64,000 nt of DNA from Salinivirgaceae bacterium (GTDB lineage Bacteria; Bacteroidota; Bacteroidia; Bacteroidales; SZUA-534), in the NCBI GenBank assembly GCA_017527435.1, contig JAFXQB010000001.1, forward strand, positions 4,696 to 68,695, written 5' to 3'. Below the pieces are notes generated by a model. It did not search any database. It saw only the letters and a list, made by a program, of their open reading frames with translations, and was not told the origin of the DNA. Shown piece after piece: positions 16,727 to 25,773 of the stretch. A program made the translations under genes and the position numbers. Each line of letters opens with the position of its first letter. Positions within the stretch are counted from its first letter, which is position 1.

Positions 16727-17971
16727 CTATACATACACCACTTTAGAAAGAGTGTATTTTATAAACAGATTTCCATTAACATATAACACGGAGTACGTCG
16801 GGAAAACAAAACCCTTGGTGCCTTCGGGTGCGGGACCGTGAACACCTTCGTCATAATAATTGTCGCTGTTGGCGGTAAAGATATCGTTGCTTTCATTGAA
16901 TTGCGAATAAACACCTTCGGTCTTAACCTTTTGAATGTATGCATCAGCATCTTCTTTCGAAACATTTTCGATAAGGACTTCTATCTCAACAACATCGTCA
17001 ACATCGCAAGGATAGAGCCATACATAGCCATCAGGTGTTTTGCCGCCTTCAAACTCACGGTCGACACGCATATACTGGATATTGCCGCTGCCTGTGTACG
17101 GAATCACATATTTAGCCTGCTCCATAGCCGCCGGGTAGCGGTCGCTGAGCCATTGGCAAGCATATTTGGTGTATTTCTGAACCATATCAGCCGGTGCGAC
17201 AATCGGACCCGCCTTCTGCAGCATCGTTGCAATTGCCTTGTACGTAGTTACAAAATCACCGGCTTCGGCAATCTTTGTGTAATCGTCAAACGATGAAAAC
17301 GGCATTGTAAATTCAGTTTTTACAAGGTCAATTGAAGTAAGAATACCTGATGAAGCATACTCACCCACTCGAACCGTTCCGACTGTATCCTGATAAGATG
17401 CTGTCAACCAGTTGCCATCGTTATCGTTGTAACAATCCATTGTGAACTCGTAGATTGACATTTGGCCATCCCAAGCCTTGAAGCCTGTCGGATAGAACGG
17501 CTTGACGCCCGGCGCCACTACATCGCTGAAATCAGCAGTATCGGGAACGATGAACACACTGCCATCGGTGCCTTTGGCAACAAGCTCTCTTTCTGAATTG
17601 ACATAGATGCCCGGCTCCGCACTCTCATATTTGTCACCTTTGAGCCATTTATCAATCTCCGACTGCAAATCATCGGCGGTACCATCCTGCAACTTCGAGC
17701 ATTCGTTGTAATCTTTTGCTGATGATTTTTCATACTCGATATCAAGTCCGGAAGCTTGCATCTGCGCAACATAAGCCTTGACACTCAATTCGTTATCCCA
17801 CATATAGCTTACATTCGATATTCCTTCCATAATATTAGTGGTAACCTTCCAGCAATAATTGCCGTCGGTGCCGGCTACCGGATTATCATCACTGCCGGAA
17901 TTGTCGTCATCACAAGCGACAAACATCACTACGCTTGCCGCACAAATCATTGATAATAAATACTTTTTCAT
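16727..17971 (-). CDS. lipoprotein of unknown function
   Basis: MKKYLLSMICAASVVMFVAC lipobox; acidic 414-aa body with no motif I recognise. Confidence 0.7.
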   Translation of the reverse strand: MKKYLLSMICAASVVMFVACDDDNSGSDDNPVAGTDGNYCWKVTTNIMEGISNVSYMWDNELSVKAYVAQMQASGLDIEYEKSSAKDYNECSKLQDGTADDLQSEIDKWLKGDKYESAEPGIYVNSERELVAKGTDGSVFIVPDTADFSDVVAPGVKPFYPTGFKAWDGQMSIYEFTMDCYNDNDGNWLTASYQDTVGTVRVGEYASSGILTSIDLVKTEFTMPFSSFDDYTKIAEAGDFVTTYKAIATMLQKAGPIVAPADMVQKYTKYACQWLSDRYPAAMEQAKYVIPYTGSGNIQYMRVDREFEGGKTPDGYVWLYPCDVDDVVEIEVLIENVSKEDADAYIQKVKTEGVYSQFNESNDIFTANSDNYYDEGVHGPAPEGTKGFVFPTYSVLYVNGNLFIKYTLSKVVYV

Positions 17972-18027
17972 AAACGTGCCATTTTAGTTAAACATTTGGT
18001 AAATTCTCTCATTATTAATTCAATACA

Positions 18028-18035
18028 CAAACATA
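18028..18035 (-). promoter_or_regulatory. candidate -7 box (TATGTTTG on minus strand)
   Basis: Plus-strand CAAACATA; 57 nt upstream of ATG 17971. Confidence 0.3.
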
Positions 18036-18072
18036 GCGTATTTTTTTGTTAAATATCACTGTCTGAAACTTT

Positions 18073-20019
18073 TTATTCCACCACCTTCAACTCCGTGCGG
18101 CGGTTCTGCTCGCGGCCCTCGGCGGTTGAATTATCGCCAATTGGAACCTGCTTGCCGTAGCCTTTGAACGACAACTGCGACTGACCAACGCCTTGCGAAA
18201 GCAGATAGTCGTAAACCGATTTGGCGCGTTTCTCCGAAAGTTGCTGATTATAAGCGTCATTGCCCACATTGTCGGTGTGGCCGCCAATCTCGAACTTCAC
18301 GCCCGCGCTGTTTTTGATGAAAACCGCCATCTGGTTCAACTCCACAAACGACTGTGGCATAAGTTCATACGAGTCGAATTTGAAGAAAATGTTGCGTAAA
18401 ATAGTATTCGAGCCGACAACGGGTTTGCTCAACTGAATATCAACTCGATAAGGTTTTGCAGCAGAGTAAATTCCTTCAAGATTGAAGTGCTGCGAGTTGA
18501 ACAGATAACCCGGACTGGTGGCAAGCATAGCATATTGGCGGCCAACGGGCAGACTGACAAGAAAATCGCCGCCACCAGCGCCCGTTGTTACTGACATCAC
18601 CGTGTCGCCCTGGGGCAGATTGAGCAATTGCACACGCGCGTTAAGCGGCAGGTTTGTTTGCGCATCTGTCACTAAACCACTAACATACGACACTGGTGTC
18701 GGCCGCACGGCTTCGGGCAGTTCAAAGGTGTAGATGTTTTTGGTGTCGCTATTGATGTTCGACGAGAAATAGGCCGTAACACCCTTATTATCAACCACAA
18801 GACCAATCTCGTCGCGGTGCGAGTTTATGGGATAGCCAAGATTGACGGGCTCTGTCCAATGGCCCGCACTGTCGAGCCGCGACATAAAAATATCTTTCTT
18901 GCCCAACCCTGGATGCCCGTCGGAACTGAAGTAAAGTGTCTGATTGTCAGGATGAATGAACGGACAAATATCGTCGCCTGGTGTGTTGATGGGCGCACCC
19001 AAATTCTTCGGCTTGCCCCAACGGCCGTTGGCGTCGAGTTCCGAAACCCAAATATCCATCTTGCCCAAACCGCCCGCGCGGTCCGACGCAAAGTAGAGAT
19101 AGCGGCCATCGGGTGAAAGGCACGGCTGCTTGTCGGCCGACTTGCCATTCACCACATTTCCTGCATTATAGGGCCTGCCCCACTGTCCGTAAACATTTTT
19201 CCTGGCAAAATAGATGTCGCACTTACCAAAGCCGTCGCGGCGGTTACAACCCGTGAAAACCAACGTGTTACCATCGGCCGAAATCTGTTGCGCGCCTTCG
19301 TTGCCAACGGTGTTGATTGGCGCCCCAATGGGCACTGCTGGCTGCCACCGACCATCGATGAAGCGCGTCACGTAGAAATCTTCCTGCATCAGAATCGAGC
19401 CATCGGGGAAAAATCGAGTGCTGTCGGGTAGCAACATTGTGAAAACCAATGTTTTGCCATCGAGCGAAAGCGACGGCCAATACTGCTCGTATGGCTGTTC
19501 CAAGTCGGCGCCGAGCGATTTCGGTTCAAACGGTACTGGGTTGTTTACTAAATCGATGGCAATCTGGCATTTAGCCATATATTGTTCGGCCAATTCCTTC
19601 GATTTGGCGTTTGCTTTCGGATTAGTCAAAAACACTGAATAATAATGCTTTGACTCGGTGTACTGGCCATTGTCGTAAAGAGCGTTGGCAAGATTGTAGT
19701 CGAGATAGGTGTCGAAGGTGGAATCGATGGCGCGAGCGGCGAGCAGAGCCTCAACAATGCACTCGCAGAAATCGCCGTAACTGCACATTTCGGCCTTCAG
19801 CAGATAGGCTTCAAGGAATCGCGGGTCAGCGTCGATGGCCTTGTTAATCTCGATTTCGGCATTGGCCAAATCGCGCTGATTCATAAACGATTTCGCGCGG
19901 AAATAGTACGATTTAGCCTTGCTCGACTTGGTGGTTGTCAGCGCCTCGTGCTGGGCATTGGCCGCCACGGCCGCAAAAAGCAGCGCGAAGGTTGCAAATA
20001 TTTTTAATAACTTATTCAT
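18073..20019 (-). CDS. TPR / TolB-like beta-propeller / OmpA-domain outer-membrane-associated protein
   Basis: Track start 20025 is TTG; ATG 20019 gives MNKLLKIFATFALLFAAVAANA|Q. Repeated PD40-like segments. C-terminal OmpA motif GHTDNVGNDAYNQQLSEKRAKSV...NRRTEL. Confidence 0.8.
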   Translation of the reverse strand: MNKLLKIFATFALLFAAVAANAQHEALTTTKSSKAKSYYFRAKSFMNQRDLANAEIEINKAIDADPRFLEAYLLKAEMCSYGDFCECIVEALLAARAIDSTFDTYLDYNLANALYDNGQYTESKHYYSVFLTNPKANAKSKELAEQYMAKCQIAIDLVNNPVPFEPKSLGADLEQPYEQYWPSLSLDGKTLVFTMLLPDSTRFFPDGSILMQEDFYVTRFIDGRWQPAVPIGAPINTVGNEGAQQISADGNTLVFTGCNRRDGFGKCDIYFARKNVYGQWGRPYNAGNVVNGKSADKQPCLSPDGRYLYFASDRAGGLGKMDIWVSELDANGRWGKPKNLGAPINTPGDDICPFIHPDNQTLYFSSDGHPGLGKKDIFMSRLDSAGHWTEPVNLGYPINSHRDEIGLVVDNKGVTAYFSSNINSDTKNIYTFELPEAVRPTPVSYVSGLVTDAQTNLPLNARVQLLNLPQGDTVMSVTTGAGGGDFLVSLPVGRQYAMLATSPGYLFNSQHFNLEGIYSAAKPYRVDIQLSKPVVGSNTILRNIFFKFDSYELMPQSFVELNQMAVFIKNSAGVKFEIGGHTDNVGNDAYNQQLSEKRAKSVYDYLLSQGVGQSQLSFKGYGKQVPIGDNSTAEGREQNRRTELKVVE

Positions 20020-20021
20020 AA

Positions 20022-21077
20022 TCAAATATAATCGCGACGGATTATCAAACCTTTTTCTTCAAGAACAGCGGTTACTTTCTGAATCAAATCAACCTTCTCT
20101 TTCAAAGGCAGGAACGCCGACTTGAAGCCGTTAATTATAAGGTATTTAAGTTCGCTCGGCGTGAATCCGAACTTCTCAATCACAAGCATATACTCGTCGG
20201 TGAGTGTTGTGTTGGAAATCAGGCGGTTATCGGTGTTGATGGTGACGCGGATTCCCAAATCGAAATAGAACTTAACTGGGTGTTTTTCAATGCTATCGAC
20301 GGCCTTGGTCTGCAAGTTCGACGTGACGCACATCTCTAGCGGAATGCGGTGGTCGTTCACATAGTTGAGCAGGTCGCCATCCTCGCGCAAGCGCGTGCCG
20401 TGGCCAATGCGGTTGGCGCTCACCATATGCAGCGCCTGGTGGATTGACTCGGGCCCGTAAGCCTCGCCCGCGTGCACCGTTGTGTTGATATTGTTATTGA
20501 TAATCAGGTCGAAAGCTTCTTTGTGGTCCTTGGCGGGAAAACCGTCTTCGGCGCCCGCCAAATCGTAGCCCACCACCCCGCGATTCTTGTAGGCCACCGC
20601 CAACTCGGCCAACAGCAGCGACGTTTCGGGCGTTGAGTGGCGCAGTCCGCAGACAATGATTCCGACCTTGATATTGAAATCGCGCTCGGCTTTGGCCTTG
20701 CCCTCGAGCACGGCATCAATAACCTCGGTTAGTTTCAAACCTTTGTTAATGTGCAAGATGGGCGAAAAGCGAATCTCGAGATACCAAATATTTTCCTCGG
20801 CGCAGTCTTCGGCCAACTCGTAAGTGGCGCGCACAAGCGAATCGTAAGTCTGTAGCACTGAACAAGTTATATCGAACGCTTTCAGATAGACTTCCAAACT
20901 CGGGCAGTCCATACCCACTTTGAGCATCGACTCGAGTTTCTTCGGGTCATCGGTTGGCAACTTAACGTTCTGTTCTTTAGCAAGTTCCAAAATTGTCGAC
21001 AAGCGCATCGAGCCATCCAAGTGGCAGTGCAACTCGGCCTTCGGCAGGCTCTTCACAAATTCGCGGGTAAGTTCCAT
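20022..21077 (-). CDS. add: adenosine deaminase
   Basis: KAELHCHLDGS and TVHAGEAYGP metal-binding motifs; 351 aa. Confidence 0.9.
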   Translation of the reverse strand: MELTREFVKSLPKAELHCHLDGSMRLSTILELAKEQNVKLPTDDPKKLESMLKVGMDCPSLEVYLKAFDITCSVLQTYDSLVRATYELAEDCAEENIWYLEIRFSPILHINKGLKLTEVIDAVLEGKAKAERDFNIKVGIIVCGLRHSTPETSLLLAELAVAYKNRGVVGYDLAGAEDGFPAKDHKEAFDLIINNNINTTVHAGEAYGPESIHQALHMVSANRIGHGTRLREDGDLLNYVNDHRIPLEMCVTSNLQTKAVDSIEKHPVKFYFDLGIRVTINTDNRLISNTTLTDEYMLVIEKFGFTPSELKYLIINGFKSAFLPLKEKVDLIQKVTAVLEEKGLIIRRDYI

Positions 21078-21128
21078 ATTTTTGATTTTTGATTATCGCA
21101 CAGAATACACAGATAACTCTGATTTACA

Positions 21129-21136
21129 CAAATTTA
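21129..21136 (-). promoter_or_regulatory. candidate -7 box (TAAATTTG on minus strand) for add
   Basis: Plus-strand CAAATTTA; 52 nt upstream of ATG 21077. Confidence 0.35.
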
Positions 21137-21203
21137 TTGTTTTATGACTTCAGACATCGGACAACAGACAACGGTCTTTTTTCCCATCATTTATTGCCCC
21201 GCG

Positions 21204-21242
21204 CCTAATTCTAACTCCTAATTCCTAACTTCTAAATAATAA
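21204..21242 (-). other. C-free tail (on the transcript strand) after the methyltransferase stop
   Basis: The plus strand at 21204-21242 has no G (39 nt; CTAA/TCCTAA words). It sits immediately 3' of the minus-strand stop at 21243-21245. Confidence 0.6.
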
Positions 21243-21947
21243 CTACGCTAAAATAGCAAAAATTGCTGGACGTTTGTGCAAATCGGGCTTATGTTTTGGC
21301 CATTCGGCGATGCGAAGGGTGAGCACGAACTCGGTTTCGAGCGTCAAATCGGCGGCGATGCACAGGCGCGTCTCGGGGTGCAGATTCTGCATAAAGTCCT
21401 CAAAGAGAGCCATATTGCGGTAGGGCGCCTCGATAAAAAGTTGCGTCTGGTGCTCGGTTTGCGAGCGTTTCTCGTAGTTGCGGATGGCACGGATACGTTC
21501 GGGCTGTTTGACAGGCAGATAGCCGTTGAATGCGAAATTCTGGCCGTTGAGCCCCGAAGCCATCATTGCAAGAATTATCGACGACGGCCCCGACATTGGC
21601 ACCACGCGAATGCCCTTTCGGTGAGCCATTGCCACCACTGCGTTTCCTGGGTCGGCAACGGCTGGCGCGCCCGCTTCCGACATCAGCCCCACGTGCTCGC
21701 CGCGCTCACAGGCGTCGAGATACTGCCCAATGGTTGTCAGGTCGGTATGCTCGTTAAGTTCCACAAAATCAGAGTCGTCTATCGGGAAACTGGGGTCGAT
21801 GGCGCGCAGAAAACGACGGGCCGTGCGCGTGTTCTCGACCACGAAATGGCGCAACTGGGCCGCCACGCCCAACACCTTGGCTGGAATGACATCGGCTGGC
21901 TGCTGCTCGCCTAACGTTGTGGGTATCAGGTAAAGATTGCCTTTCAT
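21243..21947 (-). CDS. SAM-dependent methyltransferase, tetrapyrrole-methylase fold (RsmI/YraL-like)
   Basis: Track start 21971 is TTG; ATG 21947 gives MKGNLYLIPTTLGE.... The profile is typical of the short TP-methylase family. Confidence 0.6.
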   Translation of the reverse strand: MKGNLYLIPTTLGEQQPADVIPAKVLGVAAQLRHFVVENTRTARRFLRAIDPSFPIDDSDFVELNEHTDLTTIGQYLDACERGEHVGLMSEAGAPAVADPGNAVVAMAHRKGIRVVPMSGPSSIILAMMASGLNGQNFAFNGYLPVKQPERIRAIRNYEKRSQTEHQTQLFIEAPYRNMALFEDFMQNLHPETRLCIAADLTLETEFVLTLRIAEWPKHKPDLHKRPAIFAILA

Positions 21948-22086
21948 TGTTGTTGATTTGCTTTCGGACAAAGTTAGAAAATTATTATAAGGGGCTGAAT
22001 GTTGATTTTTCTCGCACTGACGACACTGATTGAACGGATTTCACAGATTGATAGTTTTCGCGCAATAGTATGACAACGGCGAGCAT

Positions 22087-22659
22087 CTATATCTTGAAAT
22101 TATAGCCTTTAGGAAACTCAACTCCATCATCCTTCATTTTTATAAGAATCATATCTACTTCATCTTGCGTCTTTCTTTTGATTCCCCACTTTACCCATTG
22201 AATGTGTTCTTTGTATTTTTCGAAACTAATCCGTTTCTGATATATCTTTCTAACAATTAATGTGATAATTATGGCTATTGCACTAATAATTCGCAATATA
22301 TACATTATTCTATATGCTATTCTGTGTGTATTATAATCCATAGGATGATGACGTTCGAAACGGGGATAGTGAAACCAGTCTAAAACGCTTCCTGACCACA
22401 TTACATCCAAAATGCAAATCACGACACACAACCAAAAGCAAACTTTGTAAAAGTTAACCTTTCGTGTTCCATACGTGATGCTACTGAATGGCTGTTCACT
22501 AAAACCCAAATAAATGTGGCAACTATCAATAAATGAAATCATTTGCGAGTTCTCTGCTTTGTATTTTTTGAAATCGCCATATGACTTAATTGCCCTAATA
22601 TCTTTTTCATATTGCGATACTAATCGCGCAAATATCTCTCTATTATCAGTTTGTCTCAT
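22087..22659 (-). CDS. orphan membrane protein (two predicted TM helices), low-GC gene
   Basis: 190 aa. Hydrophobic stretches VCFWLCVVICILDVMW and ILRIISAIAIIITLIV. Visibly AT-rich relative to its neighbours. No motif recognised. Confidence 0.5.
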   Translation of the reverse strand: MRQTDNREIFARLVSQYEKDIRAIKSYGDFKKYKAENSQMISFIDSCHIYLGFSEQPFSSITYGTRKVNFYKVCFWLCVVICILDVMWSGSVLDWFHYPRFERHHPMDYNTHRIAYRIMYILRIISAIAIIITLIVRKIYQKRISFEKYKEHIQWVKWGIKRKTQDEVDMILIKMKDDGVEFPKGYNFKI

Positions 22660-22837
22660 ATGAACAAAATACTTGAGCGAAAGTTCTCTAAATCACTATT
22701 AAAAATTCGCAGCATAAATCCGCATTAAAAATAGAAAAGTTTTCAGAATTGCACCGCGTATTGCATTTTGAGAGTACAATGGCGCAATTATTTCAGCGGG
22801 AAAAGCCACTTTAATCACACCATTCAGCATCGGTAAA

Positions 22838-22929
22838 TTCATCACAAAAACACCAAATGAATTACCACAAAAACACCGAATGAATTACCACAAAAACACC
22901 GAATGAATTACCACAAAAACACCGAATAG
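22838..22929 (+). repeat. 23-bp tandem repeat, about 4 copies (ATTACCACAAAAACACCGAATGA)
   Basis: Exact copies at 22861-22883 and 22884-22906. Copy 22907-22929 differs in the last 2 nt. Degenerate copy at 22838-22860 (19/23). Confidence 0.9.
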
Positions 22930-22954
22930 AAATGGGATATTAAATTATTATTCA

Positions 22955-22962
22955 TATATTTG
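22955..22962 (+). promoter_or_regulatory. candidate -7 box TATATTTG for the ATPase gene
   Basis: Matches TAnnTTTG and is followed by C; 24 nt before ATG 22987. Confidence 0.45.
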
Positions 22963-22986
22963 CAGTCAAATTGTAAATGCAATATT

Positions 22987-24276
22987 ATGGAATACCTAGA
23001 GCGTATGGCCGACAGCCAAATACAGGAACGGTTGAACGCCTTTGGTGCAGTGCTGATTGAAGGTCCGAAATGGTGCGGAAAAACCACATCGGCCGAACAC
23101 ATCGCGGCAAGCGTCATCAAATTGCAAGACACCGAGATGAGAGCGCAGTACATTGCCACTGCCGCAACCAACCCCGCGCTTCTGCTACGGGGTGCCACGC
23201 CGCGCCTGATTGACGAATGGCAGGACATTCCCGCCTTGTGGGATGCCGTGCGCTCTACGGTTGACAGTCGCGGGCTGGAAGGCCAATTCATATTGACTGG
23301 GTCGAACACCGTAGACAAATCGCAGACGCTGCACTCTGGAAATGGACGCATATCGCAGATGGAAATGCTGCCGATGAGCCTGTGGGAATCGAAAGAATCG
23401 AATGGCGAAATCAGCCTGAAAGACCTTTTCGACAATCCGCAAATGAACATCGAAGCGGTTTCCGACGTTGATATTGACCAACTTATCTTCATAACCTGCC
23501 GTGGCGGCTGGCCCGCGTCACTGCGGCTGCGCGACGACAAATCGAAACTTATGGTGGCGAAAAACTATTTCCGCACCGCCTGCAAAGAAGATGTGAGCAG
23601 GGTTGACGGTGTCTCGCGCGACGAGAAACTGGCTCGGATGATTCTGCGTTCGTATGCCCGCAACATCTCAACCCTGGCAAAGAAAACGACCTTGCTGGCC
23701 GACGTTTCGGCTTCTGAAGAGATTGACTGCTCAATGGACACCTTCACTTCGTATGTCAAAGCATTCGAGAAACTGTTTATCATTCAGGACATTGGCGCGT
23801 GGTGCCCCGCCGTGCGCAGCAAAGATGCCATCCGCAATACGCCAAAGCGGTCTTTCTGCGACCCAAGCATCGCCGTGGCGGCCCTGCAAATGACGCCGAG
23901 TTCGTTCACCACGCAACTCAAAACGTTCGGGTTTATGTTCGAGCAGTTGTGCATTCGCGACCTGAAAGCCTACACTTCGGACATCGACACGCACGTTGGC
24001 TACTATCACGACCGCTACGGCCTTGAAGCCGATGTGGTTCTGCATCTTAACGACGGCCGTTACGCGCTCATTGAGTGCAAGTTGGGAAGTGGCGAGATTG
24101 AACTGGCCGCAAAGCATCTGCTGGAACTGAAACGACTGATTGCAGAACATAATAAAACCGAGAAACAGAACAAGATACGCGAGCCCGACCTGCTTCTGAT
24201 TCTGACAGGCGGAATGTACGGCTACCGCCGAGCCGACGGCGTGTATGTGGTTCCGCTTGCCTGCCTGAAGAACTGA
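22987..24276 (+). CDS. AAA+ ATPase of the COG1373 / AAA_14 + DUF4143 type
   Basis: ATG 22987 (MEYLERMADSQIQERL...). Walker A GPKWCGKTT. Architecture and length are typical of this family. Confidence 0.75.
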   Translation: MEYLERMADSQIQERLNAFGAVLIEGPKWCGKTTSAEHIAASVIKLQDTEMRAQYIATAATNPALLLRGATPRLIDEWQDIPALWDAVRSTVDSRGLEGQFILTGSNTVDKSQTLHSGNGRISQMEMLPMSLWESKESNGEISLKDLFDNPQMNIEAVSDVDIDQLIFITCRGGWPASLRLRDDKSKLMVAKNYFRTACKEDVSRVDGVSRDEKLARMILRSYARNISTLAKKTTLLADVSASEEIDCSMDTFTSYVKAFEKLFIIQDIGAWCPAVRSKDAIRNTPKRSFCDPSIAVAALQMTPSSFTTQLKTFGFMFEQLCIRDLKAYTSDIDTHVGYYHDRYGLEADVVLHLNDGRYALIECKLGSGEIELAAKHLLELKRLIAEHNKTEKQNKIREPDLLLILTGGMYGYRRADGVYVVPLACLKN

Positions 24277-24372
24277 TTTGCAACGGTTTTCGCTCGTGCG
24301 GGAAAAACTTTTTGCCGCCCGAGTCGCCGTTTGCAATATTGAAACTACATTAGCGCACAATTTCAGACTGAA

Positions 24373-25140
24373 ATGAAAGTAACTTTTTTAGGTACGGGGG
24401 CGTCGCACGGCATTCCGATTGTGGGATGCAAATGCTCTGTGTGTCAGTCGGTTAACCCGAAGGACAAGCGGCTGCGCAGTTCGGTTTACATTGAAACCGA
24501 AGGGCGCCATCTGCTCATCGACCCTGGGCCCGACCTGCGGCAAGCGGCTCTGCGCGAAGGCTTTACGCAGATTGACGCCGTGCTCATAACCCACGAGCAC
24601 AAAGACCACACCGCCGGCATCGACGACATCCGCACCTTTAACTATATAATGCGCCGCGCCATTCCGTTCTACGCTCAGCCGCGCGTCACCGACACCATCC
24701 GCCGCGAGTACGCCTACGCCTTCAGCGAGCCGCATTACCCTGGCGCACCGCAGATTGAACTTCACCCGATTGGCAACGAACCGTTTGATGTTCAGGGTAT
24801 TACGGTAACGCCGATAAACGTTCTGCACGGCACGCTGCCCACCACGGGCTTCCGCATCGGGCAGTTTGCCTACATCACCGACGCCAAAACCATCGCCGAC
24901 AGCGAGATGGCCAAACTGCAAGGTCTTGACACATTGGTTATCAACGCCTTGCGCATTGAGCAGCACCCCGCGCATTTGAGTCTTGGCGAAGCACTCGACA
25001 TTATCTGTCAACTGAAACCGCGTTGCGCCTATCTGACTCACTTGAGCCACAAAATACCCGTCTACGACGAACTGATTAAAATGCTGCCCGACAATGTTTT
25101 GCCGGCTTACGACGGACTGAAGATAAGGATTGAAGGATAG
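24373..25140 (+). CDS. MBL-fold metallo-hydrolase (PhnP-like phosphodiesterase family)
   Basis: HxHxDH motif THEHKDHTAG; N-terminal CxxC pair GCKCSVCQS. Confidence 0.75.
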   Translation: MKVTFLGTGASHGIPIVGCKCSVCQSVNPKDKRLRSSVYIETEGRHLLIDPGPDLRQAALREGFTQIDAVLITHEHKDHTAGIDDIRTFNYIMRRAIPFYAQPRVTDTIRREYAYAFSEPHYPGAPQIELHPIGNEPFDVQGITVTPINVLHGTLPTTGFRIGQFAYITDAKTIADSEMAKLQGLDTLVINALRIEQHPAHLSLGEALDIICQLKPRCAYLTHLSHKIPVYDELIKMLPDNVLPAYDGLKIRIEG

Positions 25141-25204
25141 AAGGATTGAATAACTGAAGGATTGAATGATTGAAGTCCCGATAGCTATCGGGATGAAGGA
25201 TTGA
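25125..25204 (+). repeat. AAGGATTGA reiteration flanking an 18-bp perfect palindrome
   Basis: Exact AAGGATTGA at 25125, 25141, 25157 and 25196. The first copy lies inside the last codons of the MBL gene. Palindrome TCCCGATAGCTATCGGGA at 25176-25193. The related word AAGGATTG recurs at 44206-44213. Confidence 0.8.
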
Positions 25205-25225
25205 AAACAATTTAAATACCGAATA

Positions 25226-25690
25226 ATGAACGACATAACCCTTAACGCTCACAACAAGGAAGAGTTTCCGCCGATGCACACCACCGAACACATTGTGAAC
25301 CGCGCAATGATTAACCTTTTCGGTTGTGGGCGGGCTTTTGAAGCGCACATCGAGCGCAAAAAGAGCAAACTCGACTATCGGCTCGACCACTGCCCCACTG
25401 ACAGCGAAGTGGCGGCACTCGAAGCGGAAGTCAACCGCGTGATTAACAGCCATCTGGCCGTTACAACCGAATTCATTACGCAAGCCGAAGCCAAATCGCG
25501 CTTCGACCTGAGCCGCCTGCCCGACGATGCGTCGGAAACAGTGCGTGTGGTGAAAGTCGGCAACTACGACGAGTGCCTTTGCATCGGGCTTCACGTGGGC
25601 AACACTGCGGAAATCGGCCGCTTCAAAATCATCAGCCACGACTGGGACGCTGACACAAAACGCTGGCGGCTGCGGTTCAAATTGGAATAG
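25226..25690 (+). CDS. free-standing AlaX-like tRNA editing domain (tRNA_SAD)
   Basis: 154 aa with HxxxH (HTTEH) and CxxxH (CIGLH) zinc motifs, as in alanyl/threonyl-tRNA editing domains. Confidence 0.55.
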   Translation: MNDITLNAHNKEEFPPMHTTEHIVNRAMINLFGCGRAFEAHIERKKSKLDYRLDHCPTDSEVAALEAEVNRVINSHLAVTTEFITQAEAKSRFDLSRLPDDASETVRVVKVGNYDECLCIGLHVGNTAEIGRFKIISHDWDADTKRWRLRFKLE

Positions 25691-25773
25691 GTTTGGTATG
25701 TTTTTTTTAACTACTTTCGCACCATTCCAAACGTCGGAATCAAATATTGCAAAGATCAATAACACAAATAATT

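Noticed and set aside
22838-22929. Whether the 23-bp tandem repeat is a CRISPR array
   Set aside because: The copies are directly adjacent with no spacers, the units are not palindromic, and there are no cas genes in the window.
21276-25765. Antisense ORFs 21276..21914, 22908..23540, 23731..24360, 24388..25236 and 25076..25765
   Set aside because: Same reasoning. The opposite-strand genes (methyltransferase, ATPase, MBL hydrolase, AlaX-like) carry clear motifs.
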